From Camelus dromedarius (Eukaryota): a stretch of DNA of 64,000 bases. Positions 28,781 to 42,259 of this stretch are shown here, piece by piece (within the stretch, counting starts at the first letter, position 1; each line of letters opens with the position of its first letter). The stretch spans positions 16,368,001-16,432,000 of the forward strand of contig NC_087436.1 of assembly GCF_036321535.1 (NCBI RefSeq), given 5' to 3'. Under the pieces are notes generated by a model. That model had not been told where the DNA came from and did no database searches. It saw only the letters and a program-made list of their open reading frames with translations. The position numbers and the translations under genes are program-made.

Positions 28781-31700
28781 GGGCCACCCCATGGTAAGGA
28801 ATTTGATTGGAAGGAATTTAACTGGAGAAGTTACCTAATCAAATTAGCAACTGTAGGTTTAAACATCTCCTTACAGGTTCAGGTACGTTTAATCCTTCTG
28901 AACAAAATGAAGGCTGCTGGCTAATGTTTATAATTTCGGGTCATTTTTGATATTTTTGTTCTCAGTGTGGTTTTGCAGTAGACCTGAAAAAAATAAACTG
29001 CTTAAAGGCAGGCACACTCTCCTGTTTTCCAATAAATCTTTCTAGCACATTGCCTGAGTGTGCTGAGCCCCCCTTAAGATAACCTGAGGCCAAATGTGTT
29101 AATAATTATTGAAATTGACTAATGGGTACATGGGGATTCATTATGCTATTCCATAATAAAAACTTACCATAATAAATAAATTCTAAGAATATATCACCTG
29201 GGACCAAAACTCTCTAGGTGAAGGAGAGTTCATTAAACAGTTTAGGCATTTGGTAGAATTGATTAAGCTACTCTGTTACCAATGCACCTTCCTGAATGTT
29301 ATACCTGTGTGTTTCCTGTGATTTCAGACCTCAGTTATGCCTAAAAATTTTCTATTGTTGTGTACAGAGGGCTGAGGGGAGGAGTGAAGAGAGAGTGATA
29401 AAATGACCTGAGGGGCTTTTTCAAATCACGTGGCCCCCAGGATTTCTCACTTGGTCCTTAAGAATCATGGCTGTAGGGAGAACCTGGAGTGTTGCCATGC
29501 CCTCAGGTATGGTGGGGGCTAAAATCTGAGAATGCCTGCCTTTAGCGACATCTTTTAGGACTTTTCTGAAAGACTCTCCTGATGTCTTTGCAGGAGCAGA
29601 TATCAGCCCTCCCTGATCACTCCCGAGCCACCCCTTCGCTCTCATTTTGCCTTGTTTAGAACTGAGCTCATCTCCTGAGTTTGTTTTTGTCCCAGGACAC
29701 CCCGAGATGAGGCGCAGGGGTCCAGGCGGGCTTGCTGTATCAGAGGTGCTCGGTAACCTTCGTTGCTGTGTGAATACTGTGTGCAAGGTACTGTTCTCCC
29801 TGCTGCACAGCACTGAGCGATGCGATACTCTGACCGTATAGGGAATAGTTGCTGAGACAGACCAGGAATCTGCTAAAAGTTAAATAACATTGTAAGGAAG
29901 CCTGAATCAAGAGTGTCATTGGCAACATGAGTCGGCTATAAGATTTGGGAAGTATTACACCCACAGGGTGGCACTCCAGCAGAGCCTTCTAGAAAGGGGT
30001 AGGACTAGAAAACTGAAGCTGAGGGTGACTAATCGAGGGGAGGCAGTGGCATGAGAGGAAATGTAAGGCAGAAGTGGCTGGTTATGTTTGTGGAAGAAAA
30101 TCAGAAAAACTGTACAGGGAAATGGATGAGGGAATAAAAGTTAGAGAGGTAGGAAGGCTTTCAGTGCCTAGCATTAGGCTTTTATCTTTTAAGTACTGGC
30201 GAGTGATTGAAGACATTTGATCATGGGAAGAGTATACAGAGGAGAGTTTGGGAAAACTCAATTCCACAGGATACACTGAAGGAAGAAACTCAATTGCAAA
30301 CAACAGTAAAGAGACTCTTCCAGTACTCAATACCTGGAATTATAAGGGACTTGGACTCAAAAAGAAGTGATGAATGTGAAAAACTTCATAAAAGAAGTGA
30401 TTGGGTCTAGTGATTGATTACTTATGAAGGAAAGAGGTAAATTTTTTAAATGTTAGTAAGTTTCTGAGCATTCAAAAATAAAAGAGGAGTCTCACCCTTG
30501 ACTGAGGAATGCTAGAATAAAATTAATTTTTCCAGATTTTAGAGTTGTTAATTTTAGGTGTGCTGAGACATAACACAGTGTCTATGGAAAGCCACCAGGC
30601 AAGCGTGTAAATGGATACTTCGTAGAAGTCGACAACCCTCTAGTTTTAGATTTGGAATCCTTCAAAGAGAGGCAAGATTTGAAATCATAACAGTAAAAAA
30701 AAAAAAATTTATAGGACAGAACGTTTATATTGAGAAAATTGGAGTGTGAAAAGAGAACTTGCAGTGATGAGTTCATTTATGGATGAGAAATAAGAATAGA
30801 AGTTAGCAAAAGACAGAATAAAGGAGTAGGTTGGAGAACCCAGCTAGCATAAAGGCATGGAAGCCAGAGAGAATGTGAAGAAACCAGGGTGTGATCACCA
30901 GTGTAAATGGCTTTAGAGATTAAGATGAATGAAAATGGCAGATGAGTTTAAGAAACAACGAGGAGAGTCTGGAATTATCAGTTGACGTTATAAAGTGTGA
31001 CTATAAAGATTTGAGATTATAGTCATTACCTTACAATCTTGTTCCATAATTTTCACCCTTGAAAAAGCCCTTCCTATTGTATTTTTATCACCATCCACTC
31101 ACCACCACTCAGAGGTTAGTCAAGAAATAAAGCATTTGTGTCTAAGAGTTCTATAATATTTTTAGATGTCTTGAGGACTTGGAAAGAAAATTATTTAACC
31201 TATGTGGGATAATACAGCTTTTATTAACTGTCTTTGAGACAGAATAATCAGACCACTGTGTCCCGTGACTTGAAAAAGAAAGGGTCGGTAATGTGGAAAT
31301 TCTGTTAAAATTTTAAGCCTTTTTTTAAGTGTTAAAAAGAGGAGATTGGTGTTTTTGAAAGTTGTCTCATCACCCATGTCATTTTCACTTCAGAACAATG
31401 TAAACTGCAAAGCAGGATATGTAGTATTAAGGCCAGGTACATTACATTTTTATCTGTCATAAAGGCAATGAAAGTCTTCCTACTTCTCTTTTATTCCCTC
31501 ATCCAATTCCCTGTACGGTGTTTCCGATTTTCTTCTACAAACATAACCAGCCATTTCTGCCTCACATTTCCTCTCACACCACTGCCTCCCCTAGATTAGT
31601 TGTCCTCAGCTTCAGTCTTCTAGTCCTGTCCCTCTCTAGAAGGCTCTGCCTGAGTCCCACCTTGTGGGATAATGGCATTATTCTTAGTTTCTCTATGGTG

Positions 31701-32529
31701 GTTGGTGTTGCTGACCATTGTGTCTTGGGAACTCTCATCTGTGGCTTCCACATCACCCTATACCCTTTTCACCCCCCACACCCCCTCCTCTGTCTTTTTA
31801 TTACTGTTTTTTGTATTGGGGTTTCACGTAAAATTTCATTTGAAAAAGGAAGTCATTTCTGCTGCTTAAAAATACACACATATGCACAATGAGAGGGAAA
31901 GATCAAAAACCATTGACTTCAGTTTCTCTTGTATGAGTGACACCCAAGTCAGCACCTCTGATGTTTCATCTCAGAGCCAGACTGGGGCTTTCTTCTGCAC
32001 ATGGGACGTCTTGGCCTGGATAGATGGCTCTCAGTATCACTTCAGACTCTACATCTGACATAAAATGTACTGTCTTTCTCCTGCCAAGCCAGTTCTCCCT
32101 CGTGGAGACCTGTTTGTCCAGTCATTGCTTTTCTGCTCTCTAAACAAATGCAAGTTCAAAAGAAAAGAATTAGTGTTGTGTTTTCTCTTTTCTTCATTGT
32201 TAAAGTCATTGGTCTCTAAGACCTGTTGATTCTTCCTTAGATGATCATTCATATTTTTATCCCTTTCTTTCAAGTAACACAGCTTCCAGAAGGGCTGAGG
32301 TGTACAGTTCCTTACGCTTTGGACTGCTCTCTGAATCTCCAACCTCTCTGTCTCCAGGCACTTAGCCCTCCCTGTAGTATACTTTGAAATCCTGAGCCCG
32401 ATTTCAGTTTTTAAAAATCATATATTTTTTTATCATTATCATCAACTCCTGAAGCGTTTCTTCCTTCCCAAGTTTAGCTGTGTTAAATGGGGATCACGCT
32501 GAACCCCAAACCTAACAGTATGATTTTAT

Positions 32530-32720
32530 TTAATGTCTTGTATGTGCTCGGGACTGTGCTAAGCACTTTATATGTATTATTGAATTTCCCAAACAATGCT
32601 ATAAGCTAAGCATTACTATTATCTCTGTCTCATCACTGGGGAAACAGATTAAGCTGCGTGTTCAAAGTCACATAGCAAATAAATGGCAAAGTCAGGATTA
32701 GCATCCTGAATCATATGACT
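32530..32720 (-). mobile_element. MIR SINE
   Basis: gggactgtgctaagcactttatatgtattat...ggggaaacag...caaagtcacatagc. Confidence 0.7.
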
Positions 32721-33334
32721 CAACAGGCCAAGTGCGGAAGCTGTCCGTTCCCCCCTCCCCTCTTTTTAATGGGGGAAAATGCACGTGAGCTATTGGGTAG
32801 GGACCACCCAAGGCAGCAGTCAAAGGAAGGGCACTGGCTTTGTTAACTTTTTAAAAGAGACTTAAGGTTCACATTCATAAAGCCAGTTATAAATCCATAT
32901 ATCATAACAGAACAGCCCTCTCACCTTCTTCTTTGCGTCTACCTCTAGGCTTCAAGCTGCCACTTTGTGATATATTTTCTTCCTCAAGATTGTCCCAGAG
33001 GTTGATCATAAACTGATTTCACCCCATCCAAAAATGTTTTAGATGCTGTTCTAAAATGATCCTAGTCTCTCTTCCTCACTTCCTATTGGCTCCTTCCCTT
33101 GCTTCTGAAGTCTAGGGCCAGCCTTCTCATCTACTGTATAAAACCAACTCTTGCCTAGCTGTGCTGCTCCAGCTGTGTCTGAACATGCTTTACTTTGTTC
33201 ACGGCAGTGATGCTGACAATGATGTTGGTAATAGAGGTAATTTATTAATTCGTTCACCAGATTGTAAGCTGATGTTTTTCTGTGTGCTCAGTCTTATCCC
33301 TGGGCTGTGGCATCTCCCTGACAGATAAGGAGGA

Positions 33335-33620
33335 AGAGTAGCTTGATGGTTGAGAGTCTGAGCTATAGAATCAAGCTGCTTGGATGCAGATTTTGAGTTT
33401 AATTTAATTACTCCATTTAATTACTCCATGGGCTTGGACAAGACATTAAAGTTCTCTGTGCATTATTTTCCTTATTTATAAAATGCATATAGTAAACAAA
33501 AATGCATGTAGTTAAGTACTCACATCATACAATTTAAAGATTAAATGATACAAGATAGTAAAATCACTTAGAAAAGTTCCTGGCAAATAGTAAGTACTAA
33601 ATAGAGTGTTGTTGTTGTTA
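33335..33620 (+). mobile_element. MIR SINE
   Basis: gagtagcttgatggttgagagtctgagct...cttggacaag...ctctgtgc...cacttagaaaagttcctggcaaatagtaagtact. Confidence 0.7.
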
Positions 33621-33669
33621 GCAGCCCTCCGTGAATATTTGCTGACGGCATATTGAGGGATCAGTCTGT

Positions 33670-33885
33670 ATTAATATGCACTTTGCTGTGATTTTTACAT
33701 ATATATCGTTTACTCCTTAATATAACTCTGTGAGGTGGGCGCTATTATTACCCACATTTTGCAGGAAGAAAATTGAAACGTAGGTTGAGTGACTTACCTG
33801 CGGTCACATGGCTTAGAGGTGGTGTGCAGTCAGGATGTGAACGTGGTCTGTGTGACTTCAGAACCCAAGCTCCCTCCGCCTACCA
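33670..33885 (-). mobile_element. MIR SINE
   Basis: aactctgtgaggtggg..ctattattacccacattttgcag..gaaaattgaa..aggttgagtgacttacc..ggtcacatggct. Confidence 0.75.
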
Positions 33886-35303
33886 CTCTCAGAGGTGCTT
33901 TCCAGGCTTTCCTGCATAAGCAAGTCATAGCACATTCCTTGACCTTATTGTACTGATTGCATCGAACTATTATTCAAACCATCCAAGTACCTGTGCCCTG
34001 CTTTCCATATTAAGAATACTTTCTTCAAGGGCAGAAACACTGACACCAAATTCTGCTGTGTACAGAGTTGTTGATCATTGAAATGACTGAATTGCTATCA
34101 CTGTGTCTTGCAAGGTCATTGTAAAGGACTACTAATGATATCCTCATCAAATAAAACAAGGAAATTAATACTGGATAATGATGGTATTTCCCTGTTTATG
34201 ATTTATTAATTGCCTAAAGTTCTACAGAGCGTATAAAAATTGATCACTCGTTTTCTCAGGGATTAAAAAAATAGCACGATGAACCTGTATTTCCTTACAC
34301 ATATAAGGTTTTCTTCATCCTTTTGGGCCAGAAGTTATGAATATTGACTCTGTGGGGTATTGAAGTTGTCTTCGTGTATCTTTGCTTCCTTCTCCCACCT
34401 CATACATACTGTAGCATTTATTCATTCACCCAAATTTGGGCTCTAAGAGTAAAGAAGATAGATAAGGTCCTTGCTGTCATGGATCCTGTATTTTGGTGGG
34501 AAAAGACAGCCAAAAACAAGGAAACACAGAAAATCATTACAGATAGTATTCACCTCTGGCCTCTAACAGTCTCCATGACGAGAGGGTTCCTGGTGATCAG
34601 GGAGGGGAGCATCTGTGCTGGGTGGGCAGGCAGAGCCGTGGTCAGGAGTGTGCTACAAAGGGCCCAGGCACACGTCTTTGGAAAAGGGCGCACACACGTT
34701 TCTTATGTTCATTTAGTCCCTGGGTTAACCGGCTCATGCTTGGAGCAACATATGGCTTTGACTTTGTTGTTTAGCCACCTAGGTTCAAAGAGACTGTCAA
34801 CAATAATGCTCTTCCTTTGGCAAAAGTAATAGCATCAAGCCATTTTCACAGGTGCTGTGGTTCTTCCTTCCTCTTTTTCTGCTTCCCAAGATGCAATGGG
34901 GCCTAGAATCAAAACAGCAGTAGGTTTTCTGTATACCTGTAAAAGATTAGCTTAAGTCATCAGGGATGATGTAAGCCGGGAAAAATAAAGGCTTGGGGGG
35001 GGGCAAGAAAACAGAGATGAAGCCAAAAAGGACAATTTCTGATTGTAATAGCTGGTTTCTGTTTCCTATCACCAAGCAAGAGAAGGTCTTGCAGGGTTTT
35101 AAAGGAGCAGCATCCACGGGACTGAAGAATGACCTCACCCTCGGTGCCCCTGCCAGGTGCCTTACCCCACTGTGAAAACAGGGAGTTGATTTCCAGCATG
35201 AAACAAGCCAGAAGTATGGAATGACATTTTCAGGTGACAGCTGTGGTTCTATTGCCTGTAATTAGTACCTCTTAACCCGCAAACCTGCCTGTGCCTTTTG
35301 CAG

Positions 35304-35393
35304 GCTGTCGAAGCTCAAATCCGAAGTTTTGGGCAGACACCTTCTCAACTCCTGATAGAGCCACATCCTCCCCGAGGGTCAGCCATGCAAGCG
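35304..35393 (+). CDS. LRBA: LRBA exon B (end of BEACH domain), 90 bp, phase 0-0
   Basis: Acceptor ccttttgcag|GCT, donor GCG|gtaagt. Encodes [30 protein letters not shown] with the BEACH terminal motif FGQTPxQL..PHP.R, in frame with exon A. Confidence 0.97.
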
Positions 35394-38300
35394 GTAAGTG
35401 CCACCTTCACTCCCCTCATCCCCTACTGCACTCTGAAACTATGCTTGACATTCGTAAGTCTTCCGTTGTGCTTGAGATTCTCCACCACACCTGGGCCTGT
35501 TCCTCGTATGCACTGTTTGTGAGCCTGCTAACAGCCAGCAGACAGCACATGCTGGCCTGGAACCTTCAGGAAGGCAGCCGCTGCTCCGGGGCTCTAGCAT
35601 GTCATCGGGTCATGCTCTGTGCTGCAGAAATAAAAGGTCCATAATGGTCACATATCCTCACTGGAGGATAAAGACTCCGCACGTGAGATTGATAAGTTTT
35701 CTGGTTTGCTCCTATGAGTGTCTAGCTGCTGCTGCTGCTTTTTTTTTTTTTTTTTTTTTTAATTGTTTTTATTCTTGACATCCTAATGTTTTTCAGTTTG
35801 GGAGTTTTGAAAGTCAGCCTAATACATAGGCTATTGTTACTGAGACTCAGGGACCTTGGAGGAAAAACTGATGGTGTGATAGCCCGAATACCCAAAGCCT
35901 GCCTCTCCTTCCATGTGGTCTTCCATCATCAAGGAAGTTAGCCAAGGCCACTCCCACAGTAAGAGCAGTGTCCCAAGAGAACATTTCCACAAGACATCTC
36001 AAAGCTTGCTTTTGAACTCGCACGACGTCATTTATGCCACATTCTACTGGTCAAGGCAAGTCAGAGGCCAGAATCAGGACAAGGGAAATAGGCACCAGCT
36101 GTAATGTGCTGTTCTTCTGTGGTTCTTGAAATTTCAGCAGAGATATTCTTTAATGATCAAAAAAAAAAAAAAATTCAGCATAGTAACAAATACTGAATTG
36201 CATGATAAAAATAATTTTTTTAAGGTACAGGCTATAGGTAAACCTCAATAAAACAGGCTGCTTGTTACTGTTTTAAATTAAGAATAGGGAATTTGAAATT
36301 GGTTTCCATAAATATAATGAATAATTTAAAATAGATTCCGGTTCCCTGTTGTGGCTTAACATGGTGCAGTTTTGAGAGATGCTGGGAAGGAAGGAGTAGC
36401 AGGGAGGAGGGCCAGGGGTGCAGACATGGTCCTTCCTGCCCTGGCTTGCTTTCTTCCTGTCTCTTCTCATTTTTCCTTCTTCTTGGTGTCTTTTCCTCTT
36501 TAGCCCTTTGTCATCTATTCTTCCAAGTCGTTCCCCTCTTTTTTCTCTAATTATATGAATTGGCCATTATTGTAAACTACAAGTGTTTAAAAAATTATTT
36601 GCATTGCTTTTCCCCCTGAATGTTTTTTTAAGCGGGTGAAGTCAGATTTAGCAAGAACAATGGAAGATAATGCCATAAAAATAGTAAGAATGATTTATGT
36701 TTGGGGTTTGGAATTAGTTTTAGTAATAGCCTGTCGATGAGACGCAGGCTGGCTAATGGAAGCACCTCCACTGCTCCATTGACTTTCTACCTGGGTCACT
36801 GCACAGCCTTGGTCACTGGGGCCAAGAGGGAGTTCCTACCGCCAAGCCTCTGTCCTCGGCGGAAGGATTATCGGTTCACCGAGCCAGATCAGCTCCGCTG
36901 TCCCTGGGCTGGGAGCACAGGGAAGGCACACGCTCCCTGGAGGATGGGAGGCCGTCTTCCCCATTGTCTTTATCCTCTGAATCAAATACCTGAACTCCTT
37001 TTCAGACTCGTACAAATGGTGTTTTTCCTCTTACATGTACGTGGGTGGGAAAGAAAGGTGTGTTAGAAAGAAACCAGAGTTGTCAACGAGTGCGTGCTTA
37101 ATCTGGGAAAACCGAATGAAATCTGGCTGGCTGCTTCCTACTTCTACGCCAGGCGGGGCTCGCAGAGGCACAAGACTGAAGAGGGTGTTTTACTTCTCCC
37201 CCCCATACTTGACCAGTTGTCCTGCTCGTCCATCACCCTAGCCTAGCCCAGTGTGCTGGGCCGTGCTTTTTCCTGTTTCCAGTGCTCCTTATTCCACACC
37301 CCTTAGCCAGGGGTATGATGGAGCTCCCCAGGGAGTGCCCTGCTGCTTGCCTGCACTGGGAGCTTAGGAGGAAGCACGGGAGGAGCCTGGAGAGAAGGCG
37401 CCCTGGAAGGATGCGGTGGACCATTCTGGACATGGTGTTTGCGGCTCTCTCTGCAAAAAGGGCTTGTCCTTGCCATGTGGCCAAGAGTTGGCCCACTAGA
37501 GTCACTGTGTAAACAAAACATTCTTCCTATACGTTAGAGATTTTTCTGTGTTTTTTTAAGGGCATAAACATTGGAATTATTGAATTTGAGCCTGATTGTA
37601 TTTACAGTATGAGCTGTTAAGCTCAGAAATATGTATCAACTTCCTTTCAGTGAGACTGCATGATGTATGTTGTACTCTGACTTTCTCCGAGTTTATAAAT
37701 TGACTTTAGTAAATATTATTTAAAGAACCTACGCCATTGAAAAATAAGGTTTGATGCTCCAGGATGACGTTCCTTTCCTTTTCCCAGGACGTCTTCACAG
37801 CTAACTTGTGGGATATTTTGTTGATTGTTGCTCATTGTTTCTCATTTTCACCCAATTTTTACATAATTCCTTAAAACTGTATAAAAGGTTCTTTGTTTGA
37901 CAAAGATTACTTATTGATGTCAGAGATTTTAAAAATCAAAGGCTCCAAATGTTTATTAATTGTGTTTAACTACCATTCAGATGAGTGCCCCCATCAACTG
38001 TCACTGCACCCCAACATACACACACACACGCACACACACACACGGCAGAAATTAAAGCCACCTCGTGCTGCGTTAAGTGCATGAGCCATAATATACACCA
38101 GGTGTAGTAATTAGCAGGCACATGAAGGCTGCCTATTTGTCTGGTTTTGCTGCTGTTGCTGTATCCCCCTGTGTTTTCACACCATCAGATAGTTGGATTT
38201 AATTGAGGCCACATCAGATGAGGCATTACTGACACCTTTAATTGAATGAGCATCCAGGGAGGATTAACTCATAATATTGATTGGCTTTTAGCCACTTGCT

Positions 38301-39652
38301 CAGAAGGGTGTCTGGGTAGCTTATTAGTTGCCTTTATTTACACCTTTATGCAAAGAGTGCAAATAGGAATTCTTAGTGCAATATGTTTTTCTAAGTACTC
38401 TTAATAACTTTTTTAAAAGGACTGATAATAAAAATGCAAATGTATTTAATTTTTTATTAGCAGTTCGGAATAAATATGTGTTAAATATATGTGGCTGCCC
38501 ATTTCCATATACCTGGTGTTTTGAAATATGGCAGTAGGAAAGCCACCAGAAGTCCTTCATCAAAGTGTTTCAATTCTGAATGATACTAATCAGCTATTAG
38601 AAAATAGACATGGTAGAAGGGAACTGCCGAAAATGGACTGTAATTACTGCAGGATAGCAGAAACACTGCCGCAAAGTATAAATAAAGCCGATAAATCAGA
38701 GTGGTGTTATATATGTCTTAGGTTATGACATATGGTTTGTAGGAATGTTCTAAATCCTTAGTCGTCTTCTAGATTTATTTTGTTGCTAGTGATTAGAACA
38801 GACAGTATTTTGTTTAACATTTTCAATTACTTTCTGCTTTTCAAAGGAGAAATCAAAAGTCTTGAGCTTTAGTTTCTTTAGTGAGAGGGAGGAGGGGCCT
38901 CTAGCTAGGGATTTCTCTTTATCCTTAGCTAGAGCAGAAAGCAGTGGCATTTGCATTATAATAGGGCAGTGTTTATGACTTGGTACACTATATAAATATA
39001 TTGTTTTTACAAGTACATTTAATTATATATTACTTTGAAACACTTTTATAATTAAGTTGGTGTATTGCGTTCATAAATTATTTCTCTACTGTAATAATAC
39101 ATGCATGCTGTACAACTGTTGTTTATAAATATATTTTTAAATTAATTACCTCTTTATTTAGTTGTCAAAATCTTCATGCTAACGCAACCCAACTTTTGAC
39201 GTTCTTTGGAAGTTACCTCTGCTTGCTTTGTACCTACTGCCTCCTCTCATTCCTTTTTTAACTTGTGTGCTTAACACACAGTAGCAATTGGAATGGCTTG
39301 ACACTATCCCAAATATTTCGCCTATTTAAATCTAAATTGGATCATTCTTTTAGTTCTTCATGGGAATGGGGTAGGTAAGGGAGTTCATAAAATTTATGGA
39401 TTCTTAAAGTGTTTTCGTTGATGTATTTTACTTCAGTCACTGAAAAATTCAAAACGACCTGCATGAAAAATAAACACATTCTAAATGCTGTTTCTATAAG
39501 CCTTTATGCTCACTGGGTAGCTCTTGCAACCTGTGTTAACGTGGTCTTCCTCTTCTTTTCCTGCACCCTCTTTCTTCCTTGTCTTTCCTTGTCTTTTCCT
39601 TCTTGTATATTTGGGTCTTGTCTTGCCCACTCAACAGTATCTCCTCCTGCAG

Positions 39653-39830
39653 AGTCCGTTGATGTTCACAGACCAAGCTCAGCAGGATGTTATCATGGTC
39701 CTAAAGTTCCCCTCCAACTCCCCCGTCACTCATGTGGCGGCCAACACCCAGCCTGGGTTGGCAACTCCTGCCGTGATCACCGTCACTGCTAACAGGCTGT
39801 TTGCCGTCAACAAGTGGCACAACCTTCCCG
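39653..39830 (+). CDS. LRBA: LRBA exon C (BEACH-WD40 linker), 178 bp, phase 0-1; alternative in-frame start at 39638
   Basis: Acceptor ctcctgcag|AGT, donor CCCG|gtaagt. Encodes SPLMFTDQAQQDVIMVLKFPSNSPVTHVAANTQPGLATPAVITVTANRLFAVNKWHNLP. Confidence 0.96.
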
Positions 39831-40289
39831 GTAAGTAAAGAAATATCATTACAAGGCACAGTCAGGGCAGCATGCCATACAAAGCTGTTATAATACCTGC
39901 CTGATAAATATATTATATCTCAGTCAAAACGTTTACTACTTTGAAAGGCTTAAAGAAGTCCCCTCTCAGGCATATAATACAAATGTTAAAAACATAAACT
40001 ATTCTTGGCATCTGGTGATTTGTCTTTATTACTTGGAGATAAATGTTATTTCTCATATAATGATATTCTATACTGTGTCCATAAGTAGTATGTATTTATT
40101 TATCAATCTGTTGTGGATGATAGAAGAAATGAACACACACAGTACACAGCCAAAATATGGCAAGCCCATAAGCACATTCTGTTCTTTCACTTAGTGCCGA
40201 ATAGTTAGGGTAGCTAATGGCAGGATACTGAAATAACCATGAAAATCATAAACTGTCAAAATTTAAAGAGACATGAGGGTTCATAATGT

Positions 40290-40420
40290 CCAGGCCTACA
40301 TTTTCCCAATGAAGACACTGAGCCCCAGGGAGCTTGCCTTGTTCAGTATCACATATGGCCAGTCAGTGGCAGAGCCAGGTTTGAACCCAAGTTTTCTAAC
40401 TCAAATTTTATTATCACCCT
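40290..40420 (-). mobile_element. MIR SINE fragment
   Basis: attttcccaatgaagacactgagcccca...cacatatggccagtcagtggcagagccaggtttgaaccca. Confidence 0.7.
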
Positions 40421-42259
40421 GCTGTGATTTATTGCCTCTCATTAGAACAGGAATGTTGGGATCTGGATTTAGCACTGTTCTTTTTGGCCACTAGTTAGAG
40501 ATTCTTTTTTTAACGAAGGAAAATCTTTTAAAGTCCTGGAGATTATAGGCTTTTTGCCCCCAAGTCATTGTTTTAGGTAGGAAGTTAAAAAGATAGATTT
40601 TAATAGTCTGTTAACTTGCTATTAAATCTGTAAAGTGTGCATAAAGCATTCCCCATTATAATACCTGAAATGGTTGCAAAAATATAAATTCTTGAACATT
40701 TAATTGCCAAGTTAATATGCAAGAGCTTTTAGAATGAGACAGAATTGAATTGACATTCAAACAAAAACTTGGTGCACTGACCAAGCTCAATGAGGTATCA
40801 TATTTATCATGAAGAATCTATGGCTGGTATCAGAATTTATTACATATAGCTATTTTCCTGGCCATTCACAACAAAATGAATGCCAATGTTATATTAGAGG
40901 ATAGATTTTATAAATAGTGGGAAGGTGAAGATCAAGGCAGATATAATGTCTCTATTATTAGATCCTTTTATTCCTTTTTCTTTAAGTGAACTTATCTTTA
41001 CAGAAGTAAATGTGTATGCAAATGACATAGTTTGGGACTAAAGATTATAATTTGATTAACAAATGTGATTTTTTTGTTTCTTTGTTTCTGTAAATACCAC
41101 TTATTAGAAGAAAAACGTGTTGCTGGTGTGTTATGTCACATATACCAGAGGAGCTACCTGCACTGTGTGCAGTTACCCTTGGGGCTTGCCACAAGTACCA
41201 GTGTGACTTCAGGGCTCCACAAATGATGCTTACCTGGGTGGCTGTGGCAGCTCTGACAGCCTCTTCAGTTTAAACAGAGTGACAGTATATGTGAGGGGTG
41301 ACAGACCTTTTCAAGCGCTTACAAGCCCTGGGCACTCTGGGCCTCCTACCTGTAGTCCAGCCCAGCAGGAGCTGGCTCAGCAGGAGCTGAGCGCAAGCAA
41401 AGGGCTGCCAGGTCTCCAGCTGATGCTCAGTTGTCAGACTCCCCTGATCAGCACTGATGGCTGCGCTGCTGACACTCCCCTTTGGAGCAAACCCATTTCC
41501 CTGCCTAGAAGGCTGGCTTCCCTTAGCACTTGAGTGTCAGCTGTTGTTTTCCCTACTTCAGTTTTTCTAAAGCTCTGCAAAGTGCTTTAGGGGTGGCATC
41601 CTTCTGCTGGAGTTCCACAGATAGTATATCCACCTGCTCTGAGCCCAAGCTCACTTTCCTGTAAGATAAGAGCTTGGGAGACTGAATGTGTTTTGCCAGT
41701 TCTTTACCTAGAATTCTCCCCAGTGAGCCTTCTTTGGGTCTATACCTTGGGTCACTAGTGGTTCTGTCCCCAGCCTCTGGCTTTACAGTACAGCACAGCA
41801 ACTCTTCACCAGATAAATACAGAGAATGATAACATGTGGTAATACACAGGTGATTATCTTCCTACAATGCGACCTTGAATTCTCAGCTACACCTCTACCT
41901 AGATGTATTAAGCTTCCATTTTATTAAATCTATGCCTTGTTTCAGGTATGTTATGTTTACTTAAATCTGATCTTTCATCCTATCTTGTACTGCCTTTACC
42001 TGTCAGTATGCCTTGATTTAAAACAAATGTCAAAACTCCCTAAGTTTTTCTTCAATGACTATCAAATTCATGTTACACTTTTTTTTTTTTTTTTAAGTTT
42101 AGAGTCTGGTTCTTTTCTGAGATTTTGTGATTTCCAGAGCTTGTTCCTTAGACAGCTAGCTCCTGTCACTGTAGTGTCTGAGTCCTGATTTAGGGGGGGG
42201 AAAAATCTTTATCCTTCCTGTCTCATTCAAAGGACCTATAGAATCTCCGAAAAAATTAA

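Noticed and set aside
33404..33429. 13-bp tandem duplication TTAATTACTCCAT (similar small one near 9020)
   Set aside because: Ordinary slippage duplication with only two units; not an array.
33335..33885. Adjacent inverted MIRs forming a long dsRNA hairpin
   Set aside because: The copies are too diverged by eye to give extended pairing.
34344..34829. 161-aa ORF
   Set aside because: Non-ATG start, overlaps L2-like sequence, no homology recognised.
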